Shown piece by piece: positions 17,722 through 26,653 of a stretch of DNA of 47,856 bases; within the stretch, counting starts at the first letter, position 1, and each line of letters starts with the position of its first letter. Origin of the DNA: Anaerolineales bacterium. GTDB taxonomy: Bacteria; Chloroflexota; Anaerolineae; Anaerolineales; E44-bin32. The stretch lies in NCBI GenBank assembly GCA_004376465.1, contig SOJU01000281.1, positions 1 to 47,856 on the forward strand, in the 5' to 3' direction. A program made the position numbers and the translations under genes. The notes beneath the pieces are model-generated. The model saw only the letters and a list, made by a program, of their open reading frames with translations. It was not told the origin of the DNA and did not search any database.

Positions 17722-17801
17722 ATCCCTTACTCCTGCCCGAAACTCTTGACAGGGCTGGGGTGGATAAGACAATGAAACATTGTTTGAGGAGGAGGAAGAA
17801 A

Positions 17802-18902
17802 ATGAAACCCATACCACAGACAGAGTCATTTGCAAGGATTAAAGTTGTTGGAATCGGCGGCGGTGGAAGCAACGCTGTCAACCGCATGATAGAAGAGGGC
17901 TTGATCGGCATAGAGTTCATTGCCATAAACACCGATGCCCAGGCGCTCCTTCTTTCGAATGCAACTACCAGGGTTCGCATTGGCGATAAACTGACTCGCG
18001 GACTCGGCGCAGGAGGCAACCCTGAGACGGGCCTGAAAGCCGCCGAAGAGTCTGCAGAGGATCTTTACGAAGTCCTCAAAGGCAGTGACATGGTCTTCAT
18101 CGCCGCAGGGATCGGAGGCGGGACAGGAACTGGTGCTGCACCGATCGTCGCCCAAATCGCAAGGGAGATTGGAGCGCTGACCATCGGCGTGGTCACGAGA
18201 CCCTTCACCTTCGAGGGGGCGAAACGGGCGCAGACTGCTGAGTCCGGTATCGAGCAATTGAAGGAAAAAGTCGATACGCTTATCGTTATCCCGAACGATC
18301 GGTTGCTGCAGATCGCGGATAAAAAGGCCAGCTTGCATGACGCGTTCAAGATTGCGGACGATGTGCTTCACCAGGGTATTCAGGGTATCAGTGAGCTGAT
18401 CACCGTCCCCGGCCTTATCAATCTCGACTTCGCGGATGTGCGCACGATCATGTCCGAGGGAGGCGCAGCTTTGATGGCTGTCGGCAAGGCTTCGGGTGAG
18501 GATCGTTCCCGAGTAGCAGCCGAGCAGGCAATTTCAAGTCATCTTCTGGATATCACGATCGATGGCGCGCGCGGCATTCTCTTCAATGTTACGGGCGGGC
18601 ATGATCTGAGCCTGTACGAGGTCAATCAAGCCGCGGCGATCATCAAGGAAACGGCGCACCCAGATGTCAACTTGATCTTCGGTGCAGTCATCGATCCGAG
18701 TATGGGCGATGAACTGCGCGTTACCGTAATCGCAACCGGCTTTGAGCGTGCTGGGGGACTTCACCATGCGATGCGCAGGACGCGCAGCCGAACGGAAGCA
18801 CGTGCGCAGGAAGGGCAGGCAGCTATCGCCGCCGAAGAATTCCAGCCGCAAGCTTTTGATATGAACGATCTGGACATCCCGGCTTTCCTACGTAGACGTT
18901 AA
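17802..18902 (+). CDS. ftsZ: Cell division protein FtsZ
   Basis: [28 protein letters not shown]-terminal [11 protein letters not shown]; SD GAGGAGGAGG. Confidence 0.99.
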   Translation: MKPIPQTESFARIKVVGIGGGGSNAVNRMIEEGLIGIEFIAINTDAQALLLSNATTRVRIGDKLTRGLGAGGNPETGLKAAEESAEDLYEVLKGSDMVFIAAGIGGGTGTGAAPIVAQIAREIGALTIGVVTRPFTFEGAKRAQTAESGIEQLKEKVDTLIVIPNDRLLQIADKKASLHDAFKIADDVLHQGIQGISELITVPGLINLDFADVRTIMSEGGAALMAVGKASGEDRSRVAAEQAISSHLLDITIDGARGILFNVTGGHDLSLYEVNQAAAIIKETAHPDVNLIFGAVIDPSMGDELRVTVIATGFERAGGLHHAMRRTRSRTEARAQEGQAAIAAEEFQPQAFDMNDLDIPAFLRRR

Positions 18903-19100
18903 GGTGGGTGGGCTCTCGGCTCGGCCAGTCGACTCCTACCCCTAAACGCCCTTGAGACCCGTTTGCCGCACGGTATTCTCTAAGGGCATCCATACACACA
19001 GACCGTCGCCGGTATCCTCCTCCCGGAAACGGTCTGTTGTGTTTCTTGCTGGGGGGACCAAAGTACCAATTATTTTAAGGTTTAGATGGTGCTTATAACC

Positions 19101-19130
19101 TTGTTGAGATGTTCCTTTTTATGCTAAAAT
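19101..19130 (+). promoter_or_regulatory. Promoter of nrdR-nrdJ
   Basis: TTGTTG-N18-TAAAAT with extended -10 TG. Confidence 0.6.
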
Positions 19131-19142
19131 TTACCGCTCTAC

Positions 19143-19189
19143 CCCCAATCGGTTGGGGATGGCAACTTTGGGACACCTAGATATGGCGT
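19143..19189 (+). promoter_or_regulatory. Tandem NrdR boxes
   Basis: CCCCAATCGGTTGGGG (19143-19158) and CACCTAGATATGGCGT (19174-19189), 31 bp apart, resembling acaCwAtATaTwGtgt. Confidence 0.75.
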
Positions 19190-19218
19190 GGAACAACTGT
19201 GCCATAAGCGAGGCATAA

Positions 19219-19668
19219 ATGCGCTGCCCGTACTGTGAGGGAGAACGAACCCGTGTTATCGATACAACGCGTGACTCACGGGGTGGAGTTCGGCGTCGCA
19301 GGAAGTGCATAGGGTGCAGCCAGCGCTTCAGTACGTACGAGCGGGCAGTTCTTGCCTCTCCGCTAATCACCAAACAGGATGGGACCCGGGAAGATTTCGA
19401 CCGCGAGAAGCTTCACCGGGGGATCCGGATCGCTTGTGCAAAGCGACCGGTGTCGGCAGCGGATATTGAACGTCTCGTCGGTGAAGTCGAATCAACGCTC
19501 CAGGCGATGGGGAAAGCGGAAGTCTCCTCTAGAGTTGTCGGCGATATGGTTATAGCAGGATTAAAAGACCTCGATCACGTTGCCTATATTCGCTATGCGA
19601 TCGTTTATCTCGGTCTTGACGATCTACAAGCCGTTCGCGATGAAATAGATTTTCTGCTCGAAATGTGA
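19219..19668 (+). CDS. nrdR: Transcriptional repressor NrdR
   Basis: MRCPYC, RRRRKC..C..RFSTYE zinc ribbon, ATP-cone, DHVAYIRYA. Confidence 0.98.
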   Translation: MRCPYCEGERTRVIDTTRDSRGGVRRRRKCIGCSQRFSTYERAVLASPLITKQDGTREDFDREKLHRGIRIACAKRPVSAADIERLVGEVESTLQAMGKAEVSSRVVGDMVIAGLKDLDHVAYIRYAIVYLGLDDLQAVRDEIDFLLEM

Positions 19669-19739
19669 TTGTTTCTTGTGAGGCCCGCCTTGATTTTTTG
19701 TGGCAGGTTTGATAGGTATTATTTCGGAGGGAGAGGACG

Positions 19740-22286
19740 TTGGAAACGGATCCAACTGGAGTGGCTGTAGATCTAAATAATGAGATAACAAGAATCCCTT
19801 CGCGCCCAGAAGACTTACGTGCTGTAGAGTTATCTGAGAACGCCAAGACGGTCTTGGTTAAGCGTTATCTTCGACGCGGGGAAGACGGTCAACCGAGTGA
19901 GACAATGGAGGAGATGTTCTGGCGGGTTGCCTACAACGTTGCGCTAGTGGAAGAGGAATGGGATGTTGAAGTTGAATCGGTCGCCCGTGATTTCTACGAA
20001 CTCATCGCCAGCAAGCGTTTTTTTCCCAACTCACCGACCTTCACTGGAGCGGGCACACCTCTAGGCCAGCTCGCTGCTTGTTTCGTCCTGCCAATTGCTG
20101 ATGACATGGGCCGTGATTCAGAAGGCATCTTCCAGACTCTACGCGATGCTGCCTTAATTCAGCAGACCGGTGGAGGCAACGGTTTCTCATTCTCAAGATT
20201 GCGCCCAAACGGTGACTTGGTCAACTCTTCGAGAGGTGAGGCGACGGGTCCGGTTGGTTTTTTGAGAGTATACGACCGCGCTTTCGATGTTATCGCCCAG
20301 GGGGGTACCCGGCGCGGGGCTAACATGGCCGTCCTCAGAGTCGACCACCCCGATATCGAGTCCTTCATCAGCTGCAAGACGGACGAGAATGCGATTACGA
20401 ATTTCAACATCTCGATCGGTGTTACCGATGCATTTATGGAAGCCGTTAAAAACGACGATTGGTGGGAGCTGCGCTTCCCGGATGTATCTTTACCGGAGTA
20501 TAGCGAGTTCAATAGAACACATCGCGAACTTCTCGAATCGAAGGCCGAGTTCATCGTCTATGAACGTGTTCGAGCCCGCGAGCTCTTTAATAAAATCGTT
20601 CAGCAAGCTCATCATAACGGAGAACCAGGTGTTCTTTTCCTAGATGCTGCAAATCGGAGCAACCCGGTTCCACATCTGTACGAACTAGAAGCTACAAACC
20701 CTTGCGGGGAGCAATGGCTAGGTCCTTATGAAAACTGCTGCCTGGGTTCGATCAACCTCGCAGAACATTTCGGGCCAAATAGATCTGTTGATTGGTCGAA
20801 AATGCGCGAAAGCGTCCAGACAGCAACCCGCTTCCTCGATGATGTTGTGAGCGCCAATGCCTACGTTCCAGCGGTTCCGCAGCTTAAAGAAGCTGCTTTG
20901 CGAGCACGGCGTATCGGTTTGGGCATCATGGGGCTTGGCGATTTGCTGTATCACGTAGGAATTCGCTACGGTTCGGAGGAGGCCCAGGAATTTTCCAGTC
21001 AAGTAATGGAATTCATCCGCTTCCACTGCATGTCCACGAGCGTTGAGTTGGCACGAGAGCGCGGCCCATTCTCGGTAATCGAAGGCAGCATCTATGATCC
21101 AGACCGGATCACATGGGAGCCATCTAAGCCTCTGCGTCCATACTCACGAGACTACGGGCGACCGGAGGTTAACTGGCAGGACATTCTCGAAGGGATCCAA
21201 CAAACGGGAATACGAAATGCTGCTCAGACAACTGTCGCGCCGACAGGGACAATTGCCACAGTCGCTGGATGTGAGGGCTATGGCTGCGAACCGGTTTTCG
21301 CTCTTGCGTATTACCGCCATGTCGACGATGGCGGCGATGATTTACGACTCACATATACGAGCCCGATGTTTGATCAGGCGCTCATTGAAGATGGGATTGA
21401 TGATTTAACGAGAGAGATGATCATCGAAGCGGTGATGAAACACGGCTCGTGCCAGGAAATTGAAGCGGTACCCGAGGATGTCCGCGAGGTGTTCGTCGTC
21501 TCGCATGATATCAAGGCTGATGAGCACGTGCGCATGCAGGCTGCCATGCAGGTTTTCGTTGACAATAGCATGAGTAAAACTTGCAACTTCCCCGCGGATG
21601 CCACTGTGGAGGACGTCGCTCAAGCCTACATACTATCCTGGGAACTCGGCTGTAAAGGCCTGACGGTATATGTCACGGGATCACGACAGAAAGTCGTACT
21701 CGAGACAAAGGGGACTGCAGATGCGAAAGCGCTGAAGGAAGGTGCGCCGCGCCAAATCCATCTCTGGCTGGAAGGGAAAAAGCCGCGGGAACAGCGCCTC
21801 GAAGGTTGTACCTATCAAATCACAACCCCTCTTGGTAAAGCATTTGTGACGATCAATGAAAACGGGGGCGGAGCCGGACAGCCTTTCGAAATATTTATTA
21901 CCACTGCAAAAGCTGGATCTGAGACTGCTGCAGTGTCTGAAGCAATCGGGCGATTAATCTCCTATTTGTTGCGCATTGCTTCGCCAGTTCCACCACGAGA
22001 CCGGCTTGGCGAGGTCGTTAGACAACTCGCTGGAATCGGAGGCGGGCGACCGACGGGCTTTGGTCCCAACCGGGTCCTTTCACTGCCCGATGGTTTGGCG
22101 CGTGCACTCGCAGCGTACTTGGAAGAGACGCCGGAAATTATTCCGAGCAACCTGATGCAAGAAACATCCCCAGAGAATCAATTGACGATGCGCATTGGAG
22201 ATCTCTGCCCGGAGTGCGGTGCAGCAGCACTGGTTAACGAAGAGGGATGCCGGAAGTGTTACGCGTGCGGTTTTAGTGAGTGTTGA
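19740..22286 (+). CDS. nrdJ: Adenosylcobalamin-dependent (class II) ribonucleotide reductase
   Basis: [41 protein letters not shown]-terminal domain with CPECG..EEGC..C..CGFSEC; no NrdB partner. Confidence 0.95.
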   Translation: METDPTGVAVDLNNEITRIPSRPEDLRAVELSENAKTVLVKRYLRRGEDGQPSETMEEMFWRVAYNVALVEEEWDVEVESVARDFYELIASKRFFPNSPTFTGAGTPLGQLAACFVLPIADDMGRDSEGIFQTLRDAALIQQTGGGNGFSFSRLRPNGDLVNSSRGEATGPVGFLRVYDRAFDVIAQGGTRRGANMAVLRVDHPDIESFISCKTDENAITNFNISIGVTDAFMEAVKNDDWWELRFPDVSLPEYSEFNRTHRELLESKAEFIVYERVRARELFNKIVQQAHHNGEPGVLFLDAANRSNPVPHLYELEATNPCGEQWLGPYENCCLGSINLAEHFGPNRSVDWSKMRESVQTATRFLDDVVSANAYVPAVPQLKEAALRARRIGLGIMGLGDLLYHVGIRYGSEEAQEFSSQVMEFIRFHCMSTSVELARERGPFSVIEGSIYDPDRITWEPSKPLRPYSRDYGRPEVNWQDILEGIQQTGIRNAAQTTVAPTGTIATVAGCEGYGCEPVFALAYYRHVDDGGDDLRLTYTSPMFDQALIEDGIDDLTREMIIEAVMKHGSCQEIEAVPEDVREVFVVSHDIKADEHVRMQAAMQVFVDNSMSKTCNFPADATVEDVAQAYILSWELGCKGLTVYVTGSRQKVVLETKGTADAKALKEGAPRQIHLWLEGKKPREQRLEGCTYQITTPLGKAFVTINENGGGAGQPFEIFITTAKAGSETAAVSEAIGRLISYLLRIASPVPPRDRLGEVVRQLAGIGGGRPTGFGPNRVLSLPDGLARALAAYLEETPEIIPSNLMQETSPENQLTMRIGDLCPECGAAALVNEEGCRKCYACGFSEC

Positions 22287-22327
22287 GCGCAGTTTTCCAA
22301 TTTACAGAATGGATTAACCCAAGTTTG

Positions 22328-22365
22328 AAATCCAGCGGATTGATTGCTTTGACGCTGGATTTTGT
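22328..22365 (+). terminator. Probable terminator after nrdJ
   Basis: AAATCCAGCG / CGCTGGATTT stem followed by T-rich sequence; outer GGATTAAC/GTTAATCC pairing. Confidence 0.55.
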
Positions 22366-22557
22366 CCTTTGTTAATCCGTCCCCAGTATGACCTTCCTCT
22401 CATTCAACGTAGAATAGGTTTGTTGCCTGTCTTGCTCTACACGGTTCGTCTTCTTGGGCTCGACCGGATGGGGCTTTGGTCGATGTTATTTGAGTCAGAT
22501 GCTATGTGATGGAGGAAGTTGAGTTATTACCCCGTTTTCGGGAAAGGAGGAATCGAG

Positions 22558-22977
22558 ATGCAATCCTATCGAAAAGAGCTGTGGTTTAACACCCCAAGCA
22601 GGCGAGCGTTGATTAACATAACCCCGGAAGTTGACGCCTGCCTGCGGGAGAGTGGAGTACAGGAAGGTCTCGTGCTCATCAACGCGATGCACATCACGGC
22701 ATCTGTTTTTATTAACGATGACGAGTCTGGGCTGCACGAGGACTATGAGGTGTGGCTTGAGAACCTTGCCCCGCATGCGCCAACCAGTCAATACCTCCAC
22801 AATCGAACGGGTGAGGACAACGCGGACGCACACATGAAACGTCAAATCATGGGGCGTGAAGTTGTCGTCGCTGCGACCGATGGACGACTTGATTTCGGAC
22901 CCTGGGAACAGATCTTCTATGGCGAATTTGATGGGGGGAGAAGGAAAAGGGTGCTGGTAAAAATCATCGGAGAGTGA
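22558..22977 (+). CDS. yjbQ: YjbQ / UPF0047 family protein
   Basis: [38 protein letters not shown]; SD AAAGGAGG before ATG 22558. Confidence 0.93.
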   Translation: MQSYRKELWFNTPSRRALINITPEVDACLRESGVQEGLVLINAMHITASVFINDDESGLHEDYEVWLENLAPHAPTSQYLHNRTGEDNADAHMKRQIMGREVVVAATDGRLDFGPWEQIFYGEFDGGRRKRVLVKIIGE

Positions 22978-23014
22978 AGAGGAGGGGTCACTCTTGGGTG
23001 ATTGGCCGAGTGTC

Positions 23015-23218
23015 AGTCCGCCCCTCAATGTCATTGCGAGCCCAATCGGCTGCGCTCCCCACTCCCTTCGGTCGGGGACTTCGCAGGCTAAACTCCGCGA
23101 AGCAATCTCATCCTTTCTTGCGCGGAGATTGCTTCGTCACTCCGTTCCTCGCAATGACAAGCGCGGGAAGGGCTCTGCAAATAATACCTGTCATTTCGAG
23201 AAGGCCGGGAAGCGGCGA
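23015..23218. repeat. 204-bp direct repeat, copy 1; contains palindromic element 23029-23159 and a half element
   Basis: Identical to 23595-23798; 12-bp terminal inverted repeats TGTCATTGCGAG/CTCGCAATGACA; inner GAAGCAATCTC/GAGATTGCTTC. Confidence 0.95.
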
Positions 23219-23301
23219 ACGAGAAATCCCTATGATGGTTCTCAAGGGCATTCCTTCTCTGGAAAATGCGCCATCCTTGGAGAACGTCGTCCACTTCTTA
23301 A

Positions 23302-23393
23302 TGTCATTGCGAGCCGCAGGCGTATCAATTTCGTTTTTTTACGATGAGATTGAAGACCTACGTCGTTTCGCTCCCGAACACTCGAAAGAAACA
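23302..23393. repeat. Degenerate TGTCAT-type palindromic element
   Basis: Starts TGTCATTGCGAG; degenerate inner CAATTTC/GAGATTG and right end CTCGAAAGAAACA. Confidence 0.6.
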
Positions 23394-23399
23394 AGTATA

Positions 23400-23495
23400 T
23401 GTCATGCTGAGCGGAGCGAAGCATCTCGTTTTGCGACCTGAATTGTGCTCACTGCTATTCACGAGATTCTTCGTCGCTCTGCTCCTCAGAATGAC
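23400..23495. repeat. TGTCAT-type palindromic element, second subtype
   Basis: TGTCATGCTGAGCGGAGCGAAGCATCTCG ... CGAGATTCTTCGTCGCTCTGCTCCTCAGAATGAC. Confidence 0.85.
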
Positions 23496-23594
23496 TTTGG
23501 AAAGGGATCTTTCATACAGAGTTAAGTGAGAAATCCCTTGGATGTTGCTCTTGTGGACTCCTCATTTGTAACAGACACAATTACTTGCTTACGA

Positions 23595-23798
23595 AGTCCG
23601 CCCCTCAATGTCATTGCGAGCCCAATCGGCTGCGCTCCCCACTCCCTTCGGTCGGGGACTTCGCAGGCTAAACTCCGCGAAGCAATCTCATCCTTTCTTG
23701 CGCGGAGATTGCTTCGTCACTCCGTTCCTCGCAATGACAAGCGCGGGAAGGGCTCTGCAAATAATACCTGTCATTTCGAGAAGGCCGGGAAGCGGCGA
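23595..23798. repeat. 204-bp direct repeat, copy 2; element at 23609-23739
   Basis: Identical to 23015-23218, offset 580 bp. Confidence 0.95.
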
Positions 23799-23835
23799 GC
23801 AGGAAATCCACACAGGAAGTAGGAGTTTCTACCCC

Positions 23836-23864
23836 TTGCATCAAGGGGTTATTTCGATTAATAT
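23836..23864 (+). promoter_or_regulatory. Promoter of the TetR operon
   Basis: TTGCAT-N17-TAATAT abutting the operator. Confidence 0.65.
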
Positions 23865-23888
23865 ATCATACCGACCGGTCGGTATGAT
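23865..23888. promoter_or_regulatory. TetR operator
   Basis: Perfect 24-bp palindrome ATCATACCGACCGGTCGGTATGAT between -10 and SD of the TetR gene. Confidence 0.85.
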
Positions 23889-23897
23889 TGTGAGGAG

Positions 23898-24497
23898 ATG
23901 ATGAAACAACAAGATCGGGCAACGCAAACGAAAGAAAGCATCCTTAAAGCAGCGGAGCATTTATTCGCCGTCCAGGGCTACGAGGCGACGAGCGTTTCAA
24001 TGATCTGCGACGCCGCGGGGGTGAGTAAAGGAGCTTTCTATCATCATTTCGAAACCAAACAGTCGATATTTTTAGAGCTTATGCAGCGCTGGCTAAAGGG
24101 CTTGGATGAGCAGCTCGTTCTAATAGATGAGTCAACCGAGGATGTCAAAGAGGGGTTGCTCTCCATGGGCGAGATCATAGGGCAGGTACTCGATGTTGGC
24201 GGTCCACAGCTTCCGATCTTCCTTGAATTTTGGAGTAGGGCTATTCGAGACCCTGATGTTTGGGAAGCTACGGTCGAGCCGTTTCAACGCTACCGTGATT
24301 TCTTTGCCGCCCTGGTCCAGCGGGGGATAGATGAGGGAAGCCTAAGGGATCTTGCCCCTCACAATACAGCCCGCGTTCTCATTGCCCTGGCGGTGGGGAT
24401 GCTCGTTCAAGGTCTTTTGGATACTGGGGGAGAGGACTGGCAAGACATAACCAAGGAAGCGCTGGAGTTCTTGCTTCATGGAATAGCTGCGAGGTAA
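23898..24497 (+). CDS. TetR/AcrR family transcriptional regulator
   Basis: ILKAAEHLFAVQGYEATSVSMICDAAGVSKGAFYHHFETK HTH. Confidence 0.96.
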   Translation: MMKQQDRATQTKESILKAAEHLFAVQGYEATSVSMICDAAGVSKGAFYHHFETKQSIFLELMQRWLKGLDEQLVLIDESTEDVKEGLLSMGEIIGQVLDVGGPQLPIFLEFWSRAIRDPDVWEATVEPFQRYRDFFAALVQRGIDEGSLRDLAPHNTARVLIALAVGMLVQGLLDTGGEDWQDITKEALEFLLHGIAAR

Positions 24498-24500
24498 AAA

Positions 24501-25457
24501 ATGAATGTACTTCTTACTGGAGCTTTTGGAAATATTGGCCAGAGCGCGTTGGATGAACTCCTCGCGCGTGGGCACCAGGTTCGCTGCTTTGATCTTAAGA
24601 CGAAAACGAATGAGCATGTCGCTAGCTCCTATGAGCAGAGAGCGCAGATCTTCTGGGGGGATTTACGCCGGCCAGAGGATCTAATAGAGGCACTACGAGA
24701 TATTCAAATCGTTGTCCATTTGGCATTCGTGATTCCCACACTTTCCGCGACCGGAGTCAGCAGCGAGACAGACCCTGAATGGGCGCGGGAGACTAATGTA
24801 GGGGGTACGAAGAACTTGCTTGAAGCCATGAAACAGCAACCACAGCCTCCAAAGATACTATTCTCTTCATCGCTTCATATCTATGGCAAGACCCAGCATT
24901 TGCCGCCGCCGCGAACAGTGTTCGATACTCCACACCCCATCGAACACTATGCAAAACACAAAGTCGAATGCGAGAAGATGATTAAGAGCTCAGGATTAAC
25001 TTGGGTAATTTACCGATTGGGCGCATCCCTTCCAGTACGCCTTGTTATGGACCCGGCGATGTTTGATGTCCCGCTGAATAATCGCATCGAATTCGTCCAT
25101 AGGAGGGATGTGGGTGTAGCGATTGCGAATGGGCTGGAGGCGGATGAAATCTGGGGAAAAATCTGGCATATCGGCGGGGGATCCGACTGTCAGCTCTATC
25201 AGCGTGAGCTTGTGAATGGAGTGATGGAAGCTGCCGGGATTGGAATGCTACCGGAGGACGCCTTCACAGATGAACCGTATCCCACCGATTGGTTAGATAC
25301 TGAGGAGAGTCAGAAGGTACTGAATTTCCAACGGCTGACATTGTCGGATTACCTCGAGGATGTAAAAGAGAGTATTGGCTTCCGTCGCTTCTTTATTCGC
25401 CTCTTCCGACCGGTAATCCGCGCCTGGATTCTGAGTAAATCACGAGTGCAAACCTGA
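24501..25457 (+). CDS. NAD-dependent epimerase/dehydratase family protein (extended SDR)
   Basis: TGAFGNIG, HLA, NVGGT, SS, YAKHK. Confidence 0.9.
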   Translation: MNVLLTGAFGNIGQSALDELLARGHQVRCFDLKTKTNEHVASSYEQRAQIFWGDLRRPEDLIEALRDIQIVVHLAFVIPTLSATGVSSETDPEWARETNVGGTKNLLEAMKQQPQPPKILFSSSLHIYGKTQHLPPPRTVFDTPHPIEHYAKHKVECEKMIKSSGLTWVIYRLGASLPVRLVMDPAMFDVPLNNRIEFVHRRDVGVAIANGLEADEIWGKIWHIGGGSDCQLYQRELVNGVMEAAGIGMLPEDAFTDEPYPTDWLDTEESQKVLNFQRLTLSDYLEDVKESIGFRRFFIRLFRPVIRAWILSKSRVQT

Positions 25458-25462
25458 AGGGT

Positions 25463-26269
25463 ATGATGATTGAACCGAGAATATCTGCAGGCATCGCAGT
25501 TGTTACGGGCGCTTCAAGCGGGATAGGTGAAGCGGCAGCAATGCAGCTCTCTACTGCGGGTTTCCATCTGGTATTAATCGCTCGCCGCCGGGATCGCCTG
25601 GAGAAGCTTCAATCCAAACTCCGGAAATCAGGAGGGCAAGCGGATTTCATCTGCTCAGATCTCAGCCAGGAAGAATCATATTCAGCCATTGCTGATCAGG
25701 TGAAGAATATTGGGGCCCCGATCGATGTCTTGCTAAATAATGCCGGATTCGGCTGGTATGGGTTTGGGGATGAGATGCCATGGAGTGTAGCCAGAAGCAT
25801 GTTAGCGGTTAACGTACAAGCAGTGACGGGTCTTACGCTTCAATTTCTGCCGGAGATGAAAAGAGTAAATCACGGGCATATCATCAATGTCGGTTCAATT
25901 GTTGCCAGTATTCCCAGCCAGGGAGTGGCGCTCTATGGAGCAACCAAAGCGTTTCTCGATGGCTTTACAACTTCACTTTATCGAGAACTTGTGAACACAG
26001 GAGTTAATGTGAGCGTGGTCCGAACAGGAGCGGTCAGGACGCCTTTCTTTAAAAAGGTGGCTGCACACTCCGGGAGTGGTGTTATTCCGTTTCAGCGTCT
26101 TGCAGTTCAGCCAGAGACGGTAGCCCGACGAATTTTGGAGCTTTTGAAGAAACCCAAGCGGGCGATATATGTTCCACGTTTGCTATGGGTGGTCCCCTGG
26201 ATTGAAATGTACTTTGGCTGGTTTATCGATCGTCTTGGACCACGTCTTCTGCGCTCCTCTCGATTTTGA
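25463..26269 (+). CDS. Classical SDR oxidoreductase
   Basis: TGASSGIG, NNAG, YGATK. Confidence 0.93.
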   Translation: MMIEPRISAGIAVVTGASSGIGEAAAMQLSTAGFHLVLIARRRDRLEKLQSKLRKSGGQADFICSDLSQEESYSAIADQVKNIGAPIDVLLNNAGFGWYGFGDEMPWSVARSMLAVNVQAVTGLTLQFLPEMKRVNHGHIINVGSIVASIPSQGVALYGATKAFLDGFTTSLYRELVNTGVNVSVVRTGAVRTPFFKKVAAHSGSGVIPFQRLAVQPETVARRILELLKKPKRAIYVPRLLWVVPWIEMYFGWFIDRLGPRLLRSSRF

Positions 26270-26319
26270 TCACGGAAGACCCGGGCAGAATTATTTGCTC
26301 CGAATGTCATCGTGGAATC

Positions 26320-26598
26320 GATTCTTTGGATGGAGCCCTCCGGGTCCAGGGCTTGATTTTTCGTGAGGCCTTACTCTTAGGGCTTATCGGCGGTGTAATG
26401 GGTGTTTTCATTGCATTTGAATTAATTGCTCTGTTGAACTTAATCCCGATGATCGGCGAGGCTGCTCAACCGATCTGGGCTATTGAGATCTCCGCCCGCG
26501 CCTTCACGGTGGCGCTATTATTAGGATTGATGGGTGGATGGTATCCAGCTCTGAGAGCCACCCGTCTTGAACCGGTAGAGGCGTTGCGTTATGAATGA
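26320..26598 (+). pseudogene. C-terminal remnant of a MacB/FtsX-type ABC permease
   Basis: GWSP (other frame) then RVQGLIFREALLLGLIGG...GGWYPALRATRLEPVEALRYE; N-terminal part missing and frameshift near 26340. Confidence 0.8.
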
Positions 26599-26653
26599 GG
26601 GTTGGTTCTAGTGAAAGAATTAAATCAAAAATCGAATTTAAGGATGGTTGAAC

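Noticed and set aside
19740-22286. Intein or intron in nrdJ
   Set aside because: Length is normal, motifs are contiguous, and no splice-junction or homing-endonuclease motifs are visible
22290-22557. Cobalamin or TPP riboswitch near nrdJ/yjbQ
   Set aside because: No B12-box or TPP core motifs recognisable; only a terminator-like stem
23015-23810. CRISPR array
   Set aside because: Repeats are 90-200 bp, nested and irregularly spaced, with no unique equal-length spacers and no cas genes
22974-23901. Several overlapping ORFs in the repeat array
   Set aside because: Translations derive from palindromic elements (SLRA, DCFV, LAMT patterns); not called as genes
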